In this document: positions 1-9,578 of the stretch, in pieces | Layout of the letters: the number at the start of each line of letters is the position of its first letter | Numbering within the stretch: the first letter of the stretch is position 1 | UHGV virus genome: UHGV-0389389 | Direction: 5' to 3' (one strand) | DNA from: a virus | DNA length: 62,942 nucleotides | Position numbers and translations under genes: made by a program | The notes under the pieces: generated by a model | Told to the model about the DNA's origin: nothing | The model's input: the letters and a program-made list of their open reading frames with translations, nothing else | The model's database searches: none

Positions 1-36
1 TAGAGAAAGAGATAGAGAAAGAGATAGAGAAAGATA
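1..36. repeat. Coding tandem 12-nt repeat (tagagaaagaga x2 plus tagagaaagata), giving an EKEI peptide repeat; one more copy sits at 62931-62942
   Basis: Direct reading; the repeat lies inside the open frame of the replisome-organizer gene. Confidence 0.8.
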
Positions 37-383
37 CTATATGTCCGGAGGTAATAACCTCCAGACCGGAAGTGTTCATTTCACTTCCTCTGGTTACTGG
101 ATCAGGATCTTTTGATGTCACCTTGGACTACCTCAATTCTCTTAGAAACTTATATCCAGCCATTGATGTTGAGCAGGAGTTTCGGAAGATGTATGCGTGG
201 CTTGACAGCAATCCTAAGAACCGAAAGACAGAAAGAGGGATAAAGCGTTTCATAACTGGATGGCTCGGAAGGGCGCAGGATAAGGCACCGATCATAAAAG
301 CAGGAGGAATGCAGGACAACCGTAGAATGACAACGGGGCAATACATGGAATCTACGGCAAATTGGTATGGAGGTGGAAACTAA
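1..383 (+). CDS. Phage replisome organizer, C-terminal domain; 5' partial here, probably the continuation of the ORF that starts at 62519
   Basis: Frame is open from position 3 with no start codon; the GIKRFITGWLGRAQDK motif resembles the conserved C-terminal domain of phage replication initiators, as best I recall. Confidence 0.5.
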   Translation, partial: EKEIEKEIEKDTICPEVITSRPEVFISLPLVTGSGSFDVTLDYLNSLRNLYPAIDVEQEFRKMYAWLDSNPKNRKTERGIKRFITGWLGRAQDKAPIIKAGGMQDNRRMTTGQYMESTANWYGGGN

Positions 384-996
384 TATGACACCACAGGAGT
401 TTGATGTGATAAGAGCTGCGATCAAAAGTGCATATCCAACGTTTAACATCATGCCTGACAGGTACAGTATTCAGTTGTGGTACCGAATGCTTGGAGACAT
501 CGACTTCAAGATCTGCGAGACAGCACTTCAAGAACTGATCGCAACACAGACGTATCCTCCGCAGATTGCAGAAATAAGAGCGAAATGTGCGGATTATACA
601 TCGCCACAAATAAAAGATTCCGGAGAAGCCTGGGGTGATGTACAACGTGCAATCCAGAAATACGGATATTACCGGTCAGACGAGGCGGTGGAAAGCCTGT
701 CTGGTCCGACAAGGGAAGCTGTAGAACGGATGGGCTTCCGGGAGCTGTGCCTGGGAGATAATCCAGTTGCGAACCGAGCACATTTCTTCAAGATTTATGA
801 CGCTATTGTACAGCGCAAGATCAATGACAGCCTACTTCCGGAGCTTGTATTGAAAAAGAAATCAGAGTACATGCTTAGCAGCAGGGAACAGGAGAAGAAG
901 ACACCGAAAATCGAGGATAAAGACCCAGACTCTGCAAGAAATGTATCAACCCCTGAATTCATAGATAAGCTCATGAGGGAGAAGGGATTGCGATGA
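367..996 (+). CDS. Helicase loader/inhibitor, G39P-like N-terminal domain
   Basis: AYPTF...QLWYRMLGDIDFKICETAL...TYPPQIAEIR fits the SPP1 G39P-type loader pattern (AYP.F ... W..ML.D ... FPP.IAEIR). Confidence 0.55.
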   Translation: MEVETNMTPQEFDVIRAAIKSAYPTFNIMPDRYSIQLWYRMLGDIDFKICETALQELIATQTYPPQIAEIRAKCADYTSPQIKDSGEAWGDVQRAIQKYGYYRSDEAVESLSGPTREAVERMGFRELCLGDNPVANRAHFFKIYDAIVQRKINDSLLPELVLKKKSEYMLSSREQEKKTPKIEDKDPDSARNVSTPEFIDKLMREKGLR

Positions 997-1832
997 AGGC
1001 GAAGAAAGAAGTGCAAGAGATACAGGGGACAAAGCAGGAATTCTTAAAAGTCTTTCGGGAAATGTGCTACAGCCGGAGTGCATGGCAGGTTTGGGCAGAT
1101 CTCATTAGCATGATAGCGTGCTCTCTGGCGAATTCCACAGATCCGGACAAGGCGGGTGTTCGATATTTGGAGAGGGAGCAGGAGTACAAACAATGCGCAG
1201 AGCGTCTTGGCGGTGTAGATAAGCCGTCACGGTGCATGGCTGTAATCGTTGAAGCTCTCGAAAGAAACCCGGAACAGGATTTCCTCGGAGAATTGTTCAT
1301 GGAATTGAAGCTTGGAAATCATTGGAAAGGACAATTTTTCACGCCCTATTGCGTATGCAAGGCAATGTCAAATATGGTTACGGGCGATGTGGACGAGCAG
1401 ATAGAGCAAAGGGGATATATAAGTGTTTGCGATCCTGCCTGCGGGGCGGGCGCAACACTGATTGCCACCGTAAGTGAGATGAAGTTGTCAAAATATAATT
1501 TTCAGAACCATGTCCTGTTCGTGGGGCAGGATGTTGACCGGGTGGCGGGAATGATGTGCTACATACAGCTTTCGCTGCTTGGATGCGCCGGATATATTTG
1601 CATCGGAGACACGCTGACAAATCCCGTAACAGGACATGTGCTTTTTCCACAAGAGAGAGAAGGGCAGGAATTTTGGTATATGCCTATGTTTCGGATGGAT
1701 GTGTGGTCGCTGCGACGGATGTTCCATTGTATCGGAGCCATGAGCGCACCAACAAAGAAGAAGGAGAAATCCACAAAGTATTATATGTTTTTTGATTTTA
1801 AGAAGGAGGAAACACAATGGGAGAAAATGTAA
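993..1832 (+). CDS. N6-adenine DNA methyltransferase-like protein; HsdM-like N-terminal half without a catalytic NPPY/F motif
   Basis: GQFFTP (motif X), DPACGAGATL (motif I, SAM binding) and GDTLTNP are present; the protein ends about 60 aa later with no NPP[YF] motif and no target-recognition domain. Confidence 0.5.
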   Translation: MKAKKEVQEIQGTKQEFLKVFREMCYSRSAWQVWADLISMIACSLANSTDPDKAGVRYLEREQEYKQCAERLGGVDKPSRCMAVIVEALERNPEQDFLGELFMELKLGNHWKGQFFTPYCVCKAMSNMVTGDVDEQIEQRGYISVCDPACGAGATLIATVSEMKLSKYNFQNHVLFVGQDVDRVAGMMCYIQLSLLGCAGYICIGDTLTNPVTGHVLFPQEREGQEFWYMPMFRMDVWSLRRMFHCIGAMSAPTKKKEKSTKYYMFFDFKKEETQWEKM

Positions 1833-2788
1833 AACATTTTTCGTTGGAAGAGAAAGATGACAATACCTATGGCTGGCCATGGAATGAGGTTGTTAAAAGG
1901 TATTTGGAGAGCGGGTATGCGGGCGATCAGAAAGAGTTCCAGGTTGAAATCAGGGGAAAAGAGTACAAAATCCTTAAACGGGATGCAGTCACAGTGTTCT
2001 ATGACGAGGCTGGGAACACGCTGTTTGATGTAACCAATGACCGACTGGAAAAGGAGTACGAATCCGGAGTATCCGATGCAGAAGAGGAATTGGAGAACAA
2101 TGTACCTGTAGAACCTATGGGGGAAATAATTGAAGAAACCAAGCAGGAAGCATTCGAAGCAGTTATATCCGAAGGAGAAAAAAATACAAAAACTGAGGAT
2201 TTTGTTCCGATGGGAACCGCATCGCTCGCTGATATAGTGGGTGGTTTACCGACTCCGACGGATGAAACAATAAAGAAAGCGGAGGATGAGAATGCAAAAC
2301 CATTAAAACAGAGAGCGAAGGAAAAGCTGGAAGGAGAATTAAAGAACGCCAAAGATAAGAATTTTGCCGATCCGGTTATAACCTATTTGCTGAAGCGCTG
2401 TGAAGAAGATGACGGTCTTGCGGAAGACGTTCTTCAAAATCATAAAACATGGGAAAAGTGCTATGGCTATATTTACGAGCAGGCGAGAAAACAGAAAAGT
2501 GGAAATTGTGCTGTGGTTCGGGATGATGTGGTTTACGAATGGGCAGAAGATTATTTCCATTTGGATGATAAAGCCGTTGAAGAAAAGAAAAAGAAAGAGG
2601 AAAAAGAGCGGAGAAAGAGTCAGAAGCAAGAAACTGAGAAACGCAAGCAACAGAACTCCAAACAGAAGCCTGCCAAAGAAAAGACATCGGAAAAGACACC
2701 GGATGCGAAATCGGTGAAAGAAGTAAAAAAGAAGACTCCAAAGAAGAATGAGCCAGAAGGACAAATGTCATTATTTGATTTGTTATAG
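1817..2788 (+). CDS. PcfK-like protein with a Lys/Glu-rich C-terminal tail
   Basis: YLLKRCEEDDGLAEDV...WEKCYGYIYEQARK...VVRDDVVYEWAEDYF resembles the PcfK-like domain; it sits directly upstream of a PcfJ-like gene, as is usual. Confidence 0.45.
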   Translation: MGENVKHFSLEEKDDNTYGWPWNEVVKRYLESGYAGDQKEFQVEIRGKEYKILKRDAVTVFYDEAGNTLFDVTNDRLEKEYESGVSDAEEELENNVPVEPMGEIIEETKQEAFEAVISEGEKNTKTEDFVPMGTASLADIVGGLPTPTDETIKKAEDENAKPLKQRAKEKLEGELKNAKDKNFADPVITYLLKRCEEDDGLAEDVLQNHKTWEKCYGYIYEQARKQKSGNCAVVRDDVVYEWAEDYFHLDDKAVEEKKKKEEKERRKSQKQETEKRKQQNSKQKPAKEKTSEKTPDAKSVKEVKKKTPKKNEPEGQMSLFDLL

Positions 2789-2800
2789 GGAGGGATAGAT

Positions 2801-4990
2801 GTGGAAAAAAGAAAATTATCTGCTATTCCAAGACCAAGCGCAACTAAGGAAATGATAGAAGTTGCAGATCGGCTTGGAGGCATGAGACATATTGTGACAG
2901 CAGATCTGGTTGATGATAAAAAGATACTGCTTCTGAATTTCTTTGAGATTAAGGCCCTCAAGAATGGAAAAACAGAAGCAGCTTTCCGGACATTTCTGTC
3001 GCACGATGATTATATCACGCAGGATTTGAAAACGTCAAAGGTTAAATGGATTACAGGTTCATTTGATAGGATGGATAACTTTTCTTTAATGGATTATGCG
3101 TATAATCAGCAAGAACATAAAAGCTCATATCGGCTCAATGTATTCATGAGATCTGACGAAGAGTTAAAAATAGTAAAGTATTTCTTTAGAGAATACTCCA
3201 GGACCGATGATAAATACAGCCCCTGGGTAGAAATACATAGATTTCAGCAAGAGGTTTTAGATAAGCGTTTGGCAGAAAAGCATAAGAAAGAGACTGACAA
3301 GATCGATGTGGTAATGAATCCAATAAAGGACGCACCGAAAGAATTTTTCGATTGGGTGTGGAATACAGGAATGAGCTTTGCACGATACCTAATCTACAAG
3401 GAAGTGGAAAAAGGTAAGGCATTATGTGAGTGTACACATTGTAAGAAAATCGGAATTGTGGACAGAAAAAATATCCGTCTTCGGAATAACGAGAAAGGAA
3501 TCTGTCCGTTCTGCGGTAGCAGGGTAACTATTAAGGCAAAAGGACGAATGCCTGCTCGGACACACGATGAACGGTGGTTCGCATATGTGGATCCTACGAA
3601 AGACGGTTTTGTCTTCCGGTACTTCAAAGCACATCAATCAATGAGAAGCGACAGATATGTGGACATGTTAATAAATAAAGGCAGAATTGAAAGGTATGTT
3701 TCTGAGTACAGTAGGGCTATTTATACGTTCCCGAAAGGAAAACCAAAATGCGAATCATATGAGTGGGGAGTGTATAAGCAGAGAGGAAATTGCCGCTGGT
3801 GTCCAGATCAGGGAAAGATCTCCTGCATGGAATGCATATTATATCCCGGAAATCTGCCGCAGGCGTGGGAACACACTCCTATGAAATACTCGGCATTGGA
3901 AGTGCTTTCAACCAATATTCCTACAGTTTCCATGAGATATGAGGATGCAATCAAAAAGTATATAGAATTTCCGAAAATGGAATGGATCTGTAAAATGGGG
4001 CTCAATAAGATTGCAAAAGGCATTATCAATTCTCGATATAGTGGTTATCAGACCGGTAAGGTCAATGTTAAAGGAAAGACCATATATGAGATTTTAGGAC
4101 TGACAAAGGTAAATACCAGAGTATTGCAGGTTGTTGATGGAAACCACGATGTACTTCGGCTGTTGCAGGTAGCACAGCAGATTGGCTTGCAGTTTAAACC
4201 GGAGCAGATCCAAGAGTATTACGAAACGTTCGGATGTAATACGGATTTATTGAAACAGGCAAACCGGAAGACGACGCTTCATAAAATCGTGAAGTACATT
4301 ACGAAAGAAAGCGAAAACTATCCAATAGGTGAACAGGGGGTGTGCTGGAGATACTCATACATGAGGTACAAAGAACGGGAAGATCCTCGAATCGAAAGAA
4401 AAAGGAATATGGCAAAGGATTGGCTTGAATATTTAGACTGGTGCAAAGATCTCAAGTACGATTTGAATAACATGTTTATTTATATGCCAAAGAATTTCAA
4501 AAAGGTACATGACAGGACTGCAGAGGAATTCCAGATTCTTCAAGATAAAAAAGCGGCAGCGGAGAAAAAACGCCGGGAACGAGAGGCAAAGAAACGGATG
4601 GAGGAAACAAAACAGGCGTTGGAAGAAATCCTGGGAGAGAACAAGAATGTTCAAAATGCCTTTCAGGTAAAAGGAAAAGGACTGTTGTTGGTTGTTCCTA
4701 CCAGCGCAGAAGATATTAAGGCTGAAGGAGCTGCCTTGCACCACTGCGTTGGAACATATGTTGACAGAGTAGCCAGAGGAGAAACAAATATTTTCTTCAT
4801 ACGAAAAGAGAAAGAGCCAGATAAACCGTATTTCACAATGGAGTGGAAAAACAATGATATTGTGCAGTGCCGGGGATCCCGAAATTGCGGAATGCCTCCG
4901 GAAGTGAAAGCATTTACAGAAGCTTTTAAGAAAAAAATGTTAGAAACTATTGAAAAAGACAAAAATAAAAGGCTCGGGAGGTGCGGATGA
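2801..4990 (+). CDS. PcfJ-like protein with an internal zinc ribbon
   Basis: C-terminal LHHCVGTYVDRVARGETNIFFIRK resembles the PcfJ-like domain; CxxC...CxxC at CTHCKK/CPFCGS; adjacent to the PcfK-like gene. Confidence 0.45.
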   Translation: MEKRKLSAIPRPSATKEMIEVADRLGGMRHIVTADLVDDKKILLLNFFEIKALKNGKTEAAFRTFLSHDDYITQDLKTSKVKWITGSFDRMDNFSLMDYAYNQQEHKSSYRLNVFMRSDEELKIVKYFFREYSRTDDKYSPWVEIHRFQQEVLDKRLAEKHKKETDKIDVVMNPIKDAPKEFFDWVWNTGMSFARYLIYKEVEKGKALCECTHCKKIGIVDRKNIRLRNNEKGICPFCGSRVTIKAKGRMPARTHDERWFAYVDPTKDGFVFRYFKAHQSMRSDRYVDMLINKGRIERYVSEYSRAIYTFPKGKPKCESYEWGVYKQRGNCRWCPDQGKISCMECILYPGNLPQAWEHTPMKYSALEVLSTNIPTVSMRYEDAIKKYIEFPKMEWICKMGLNKIAKGIINSRYSGYQTGKVNVKGKTIYEILGLTKVNTRVLQVVDGNHDVLRLLQVAQQIGLQFKPEQIQEYYETFGCNTDLLKQANRKTTLHKIVKYITKESENYPIGEQGVCWRYSYMRYKEREDPRIERKRNMAKDWLEYLDWCKDLKYDLNNMFIYMPKNFKKVHDRTAEEFQILQDKKAAAEKKRREREAKKRMEETKQALEEILGENKNVQNAFQVKGKGLLLVVPTSAEDIKAEGAALHHCVGTYVDRVARGETNIFFIRKEKEPDKPYFTMEWKNNDIVQCRGSRNCGMPPEVKAFTEAFKKKMLETIEKDKNKRLGRCG

Positions 4991-5181
4991 TGGAAAAACA
5001 GATCGTCAGGAGCATAAGAAAAGGCTCCGCGCAGTGGAGTGAAGAGGATAGACTTCAGCTCGTATCAATTCTTGCAAAAGCAGGATATGTAGTAAAACTG
5101 GGAAGGAGAGTAGTGCCTGGAACTGAATCAAAGGCGAAACCCCAGATGGAGTACACGGTTGAATATTGGGAGGAAGAGTAA
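4981..5181 (+). CDS. Hypothetical protein
   Basis: ORF with an RBS, inside a co-directional gene block. Confidence 0.35.
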   Translation: MRMMEKQIVRSIRKGSAQWSEEDRLQLVSILAKAGYVVKLGRRVVPGTESKAKPQMEYTVEYWEEE

Positions 5182-5369
5182 TGAAGATTGGCGAAATTGT
5201 AGAGATCCTGATTAGGATAAAAGATAATTACGGATATTCGGATTACAGAAGAGAGGCTTTAGAAGAAACATGCAATCTTCTGGACAAGCTGCCGAGAATG
5301 GAGGAGGCGAAGGATTATGAACCGACCAGTTTATCAGGACAAAGCATGGCTGCAGAGCAAATACGATGA
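5181..5369 (+). CDS. Hypothetical protein
   Basis: An internal ATG at 5181 follows GGAGGAAGAG; the listed ORF starts earlier at 5166. Confidence 0.35.
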   Translation: MKIGEIVEILIRIKDNYGYSDYRREALEETCNLLDKLPRMEEAKDYEPTSLSGQSMAAEQIR

Positions 5370-5856
5370 GTTGAGAAGCATATACGCAATGGCCGAAGTT
5401 GCGGGATGCCATGCAAGGACAATTCACTATTGGATGTGTAAATATGGTATTCGAATGCACGGAATGACAGGGGAAAAGAAGAGAGAAGAGTCTATAAGGA
5501 AATCTGTTGAGGCAAGAAAAGGGAAACCTGGTTCTATGACCGGAAAACATCACTCTGACGAAACTAAAAGGAGAATGTCTGAGACAAGACGAGGCAAGGA
5601 CAATCCCAACTGGAAAGGCGGGATAACGGAAAAGATCAGAAAATTCCGAAGAAGTAAAGAATATTTGGCATGGGTAAAAGCGGTCTATCAAAAAGCAGAC
5701 GGTAAATGTGAGATGTGCGGAGCGGAAGACGGTCTTGAAGCACACCATATAGTAAGTCTTCATCAAGATTTTTCAAGAGCCTTGGATGTCGGGAACGGAC
5801 AATTGTTATGTAATGAATGTCATAAAAGGATACATGGAGGTGAAAATCGTGAATAA
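5317..5856 (+). CDS. HNH homing endonuclease with NUMOD3-like repeats
   Basis: GKHHSDETKRRMSE NUMOD3-like repeats; C-terminal HNH motif (CEMCG...EAHHIVS...NGQLLCNECHKRIH). Confidence 0.75.
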   Translation: MNRPVYQDKAWLQSKYDELRSIYAMAEVAGCHARTIHYWMCKYGIRMHGMTGEKKREESIRKSVEARKGKPGSMTGKHHSDETKRRMSETRRGKDNPNWKGGITEKIRKFRRSKEYLAWVKAVYQKADGKCEMCGAEDGLEAHHIVSLHQDFSRALDVGNGQLLCNECHKRIHGGENRE

Positions 5857-6847
5857 AAGCCGTATAGAATATTGCGATCACACGCTGAATATCGTAACCG
5901 GGTGTCGGCATGGATGCGAGTATTGCTATGCAAGAACCATGAGCCTCAGATTTTCCGGAAATATAAAGCTGAATATAAAGCAGGAGGATAAATACAGAAA
6001 GTGTGCCGGAGGGTACATACTGGATAACCCGTTTATTGGTGAAAATGGTAAACAGATTATCTATCCGTTTGGATTCGAGCCTACGCTTCACAGATACAGA
6101 TTCAATACGCTGGACAAGCTAAAGATGGGACAGAACATTTTTGTAGGAGCAATGGCAGATCTGTTTGGAGACTGGGTTCCGGATGCTTGGATAGATGAAG
6201 TGTTCCGGTGCTGTATGGAGCATCCACAGCATAATTATTTGTTTCTCACGAAAAATACGGAGAGATATGCGGATTTAGATATGCTTCCTGAAGGGGAGAA
6301 TATGTTTTACGGAACATCGATCACGAGGGAAGAGGAAATGCATAAGTTCAACTTCCTGCCGGCGCGGCGCAACACATTTGTGAGCATAGAGCCAATCTTG
6401 GAAGACGTTCTCCCGGAGCGGCATAACCTTTTGTTCCGGCAGGTGGACTGGGTAATCATCGGAGCCGAGACGGGCCGGAGAAAGGGTAAGGTCATTCCGG
6501 ATCCGGAATGGATCAGAAAGATTGTTGAAGTGGCAGAACAGAAAAAGACACCGGTATTCATGAAAGACAGTCTTATCGATATTGTCGGGGAAGATGCCAT
6601 GAAGCGGGAGTTCCCGGCCCAGCTTCTTGTGAGGAAAAAGAGTGAGAAAATCCTTGCAAAGTTGATGGGAGAATGTGTGGAATGCCACAAACAGAAAGAG
6701 AAAAACAAAATGGTATCCATTACGGCGCGGACCAAAAGAGGCGGTAAGACAAATGCTTTTGCGTATATGTGTAAACCGTGTTTTATAAAGTGGTGCAAAG
6801 AACATGGAGTAAATGTTCCTCCACTTGAAGGGCTGGAGGACAAATAG
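5834..6847 (+). CDS. Phage Gp37/Gp68 family protein (DUF5131-like) with a C-terminal zinc ribbon
   Basis: IEYCDHTLNIVTGCRHGCEYCYA matches the IEWT..TWNP.TGC...GC..CYA signature; start could be ATG 5834 or GTG 5849; a second Cys cluster (CVECH...CKPCFIKWC) sits near the C-terminus. Confidence 0.55.
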   Translation: MEVKIVNKSRIEYCDHTLNIVTGCRHGCEYCYARTMSLRFSGNIKLNIKQEDKYRKCAGGYILDNPFIGENGKQIIYPFGFEPTLHRYRFNTLDKLKMGQNIFVGAMADLFGDWVPDAWIDEVFRCCMEHPQHNYLFLTKNTERYADLDMLPEGENMFYGTSITREEEMHKFNFLPARRNTFVSIEPILEDVLPERHNLLFRQVDWVIIGAETGRRKGKVIPDPEWIRKIVEVAEQKKTPVFMKDSLIDIVGEDAMKREFPAQLLVRKKSEKILAKLMGECVECHKQKEKNKMVSITARTKRGGKTNAFAYMCKPCFIKWCKEHGVNVPPLEGLEDK

Positions 6848-6859
6848 AAAGGAGCAGAT

Positions 6860-7147
6860 ATGGGAAAGAGTAAACGGAACTGCAGAAGAACAGAAGATGA
6901 AGTACGTATCCACGAAAAAGCAGTGAAGATGCGGAAGATGACAGATGAACAGCTCGTGCATTATGTAGAGGATCGGGTGGAGAAAGCCAGGAGCGAAGGT
7001 TTTAACCGCGGGAAAAAGTCAGCCGTAAACATAAAAAATACACAGGATTTTATTTCGGAGCTGCAGACATCCAAAATTCCGGGCATCGGAGCTGTTACAA
7101 TCAATAAATTACTGAAGGTGGCAACAGAGCATGGATACATACAGTAG
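6860..7147 (+). CDS. Hypothetical protein
   Basis: ORF with an RBS. Confidence 0.35.
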   Translation: MGKSKRNCRRTEDEVRIHEKAVKMRKMTDEQLVHYVEDRVEKARSEGFNRGKKSAVNIKNTQDFISELQTSKIPGIGAVTINKLLKVATEHGYIQ

Positions 7148-7664
7148 GGCATTAATTGGGAGTCGGTCCAGGGCATCGGGAGAATATTTTGAAGGAATGA
7201 TCAGTGCTGCTTGCCAGTTCTATGAGGAAAAGGGAATTTCTGTTATAGAGAAAACTCCGGAGCCGATGCGGGTGCTTAAACCGTACGACCGGAAAAGAGG
7301 ACAATTCATCTGCTGTTTTGCAAAGCAGGCACAGCCAGACTTTAAAGGCGTATTGATGGATGCAACAATGGTCCTGTTTGATGCGAAACATACAGACAAA
7401 GAGAAAATCATGAGGTCGGTGGTGACACAAGAGCAGGAAGATTGTTTTGAAAGATACATGAAGCTTGGGGCGATGTGCTTCCTGGTTGTATCAATAGGAC
7501 TTGATAAGTTCTATCGGGTGCCGTGGGTTGTGTTTCGAGATATGAAAAAGCTATATGGGCATAAGCATATGGATGAAAAGGATCTTGAGCCATATAAAAT
7601 CAAATATTCAAATGGAGTTCTAAGATTTTTGGACGGGGTAGAGCTCCGGGGAGGAGAATCATGA
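7131..7664 (+). CDS. recU: Holliday junction resolvase, RecU-like
   Basis: ISVIEKTPEP...QPDFKGVL...VLFDAKHT pattern typical of RecU (PD-(D/E)xK fold). Confidence 0.6.
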   Translation: MDTYSRALIGSRSRASGEYFEGMISAACQFYEEKGISVIEKTPEPMRVLKPYDRKRGQFICCFAKQAQPDFKGVLMDATMVLFDAKHTDKEKIMRSVVTQEQEDCFERYMKLGAMCFLVVSIGLDKFYRVPWVVFRDMKKLYGHKHMDEKDLEPYKIKYSNGVLRFLDGVELRGGES

Positions 7665-8734
7665 AGTTAAAAAAGTATGAGTTGGTAAGAGCGGTTGACA
7701 AAGTAAAAAGTGTTGTTCAGAAAAATCCGCAAATTCCTGCTTTGGGAGGCGTTCTGATTAAAGGAGGTTATGCAATAGCTGCGAACAATGAAATGACGAT
7801 ACAGATCAAATTAGAGGGCACAGAGGATGAAACATTTATTGTTCCCATGAAGGCGTTTGATCTGATAAAAAATCTTCCGGATGGGGAAGTTGAGATTACA
7901 TGCGATAAAAACAATATAGTCACGATCAGGATGGAAAAGATAAAAAACAGCTATCAGTCATTTCCTGCAGAGAATTTCATGTATGACAAAATTATCAGTG
8001 ATGACGAAAACGAGATTATTCTCCCGGGAAAGTTACTGATGGATGCCATAGCACATTCCATATACGCAGCTGCAGATAAATCTCCTGGCCATCCGCAGCT
8101 TGAGGGGATATATCTGGAAGGAGAAGGTAAAAAGCTGAATTTAGCATCTACTGATGGACATGTAATGTGTTGGGATCAGATAGAAGCATCAGGGATATCG
8201 AACCTGAAGCTGATCGTACCAAAGGCTGCGGCTAAAAAATTAATCTCAATGGGAATGGATGATGATGTTAGATTGTCGCATGATGAAAACCGGGCAGTGC
8301 TTAAGACTGATAAATACACGATAAGCACAAGGATCTTTAGCGGAGAATTTGTGCCGTATAAGAAAATGTTTGTCGAAACAGAGAATTATACGATCGTTAA
8401 TCGTGATGAACTTATAGGCGCTATGACCAGAGCGAAAATGTGTACAGATGAAAACACTCCGGCCGAATTTGATGTAGAGGAAGGGGAAATCACGGTAATC
8501 CTGAGGGATAAGATAGCCGATTATCAGGAAAAAGTTTCTCTTCAAGCAAACGTAGGAGAAACTATTCGTATCGGATTTGATTCTAGATTGGTTCTGGAAA
8601 CGATAAAAGCTTTTACATGCGAGAATATCACATTAAACTTTTCCTCACCTTCAATGCCAATGATTGTTCAGGCAGAGGATTCTGATATGAAGGCTCTGGT
8701 CCTTCCGGTTAGATTGAGAGGTGCATCAAAATGA
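7661..8734 (+). CDS. dnaN: DNA polymerase III beta sliding clamp
   Basis: About 357 aa with three-domain clamp-like repeats; the N-terminal ...LIKGGYAIAANNEMTIQIKLEG... follows the usual DnaN beta-strand pattern. Confidence 0.65.
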   Translation: MKLKKYELVRAVDKVKSVVQKNPQIPALGGVLIKGGYAIAANNEMTIQIKLEGTEDETFIVPMKAFDLIKNLPDGEVEITCDKNNIVTIRMEKIKNSYQSFPAENFMYDKIISDDENEIILPGKLLMDAIAHSIYAAADKSPGHPQLEGIYLEGEGKKLNLASTDGHVMCWDQIEASGISNLKLIVPKAAAKKLISMGMDDDVRLSHDENRAVLKTDKYTISTRIFSGEFVPYKKMFVETENYTIVNRDELIGAMTRAKMCTDENTPAEFDVEEGEITVILRDKIADYQEKVSLQANVGETIRIGFDSRLVLETIKAFTCENITLNFSSPSMPMIVQAEDSDMKALVLPVRLRGASK

Positions 8735-9225
8735 CAAAGATAGATGAGAAGATACTGGAACTCCTGGAATACGACTTAAAACCCACGATACAAGGAGGCT
8801 GGAAAATCACTGAAGAGATGCGAGTACTAATTCATGAGATCGCTGAACAGTGCAATAATATTGAAATTACAAAAAAGGTAAATGAGGATATACCGGAGTG
8901 GATTGAAAAAGCTGCTCCGGAGGAGATCTATATACATATGCTTCAGAAGATTGTTTCAGCCCCAACAAGAATGCATATGATTTGCGTTCCTCGTATATTG
9001 ATACCGATCATAGATCAAAAGCTTCGAGAAAGCGAGGAAATTTTTCCAAATGTTGTTGGACAGGAAGCAGAGATATTTTTCGACGGAGAATGGAAAAGGG
9101 GAAGAATTGTTGAGGGGTACCGGTTTAAAGACGGGATTGTGACGCTTGAAACTCCAGAGGGGAAACGAATATGGTGTGGAGAAGATAGAAAGGAGCTATA
9201 CCGACCGGCACAAGTGGATGATTAG
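8731..9225 (+). CDS. Hypothetical protein
   Basis: ORF translationally coupled to dnaN. Confidence 0.35.
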   Translation: MTKIDEKILELLEYDLKPTIQGGWKITEEMRVLIHEIAEQCNNIEITKKVNEDIPEWIEKAAPEEIYIHMLQKIVSAPTRMHMICVPRILIPIIDQKLRESEEIFPNVVGQEAEIFFDGEWKRGRIVEGYRFKDGIVTLETPEGKRIWCGEDRKELYRPAQVDD

Positions 9226-9285
9226 TCGCGAGGATAACGAGATGGAAGACAGAGAAGATAAATTAAACTTTAGTGGAGGTAAATG

Positions 9286-9549
9286 ATGAAAAAAGGAGTA
9301 AGTTGCGAAACAACATACGATGCGGCAGGAAACTGGATGCTTATAGTAAGAAAAGAACGCGGAAAACTCACGCTGGAAGACATACGTGAAGCTGCACGAG
9401 AATACGAAGAAGATTATTATGCGTTGATACTTAAGTGCATGAGCGATGATATATCACAATACTGGGAGGATGATTTACGTGGAGATGTTGCGGAATTATA
9501 TCGCGCAACGGAGATGCTGAAAGTATTTGGACGAGCGAAGGAGTTATAA
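9286..9549 (+). CDS. Hypothetical protein
   Basis: ORF with GGAGG RBS. Confidence 0.35.
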   Translation: MKKGVSCETTYDAAGNWMLIVRKERGKLTLEDIREAAREYEEDYYALILKCMSDDISQYWEDDLRGDVAELYRATEMLKVFGRAKEL

Positions 9550-9578
9550 ACAAAACTGAAATTTAGAGGAGGCGCAGA

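Noticed and set aside
1-36. Short tandem direct repeats at the window start, a possible CRISPR or iteron array
   Set aside because: Only about 3 contiguous 12-mers with no spacers, and they are coding (EKEI repeat); not a CRISPR array. An iteron or origin function is possible but unsupported.
2400-2717. Lys/Arg-rich 105-aa plus-strand ORF inside the PcfK-like gene
   Set aside because: Alternative-frame reading of the Lys/Glu-rich 3' region of a better-supported gene
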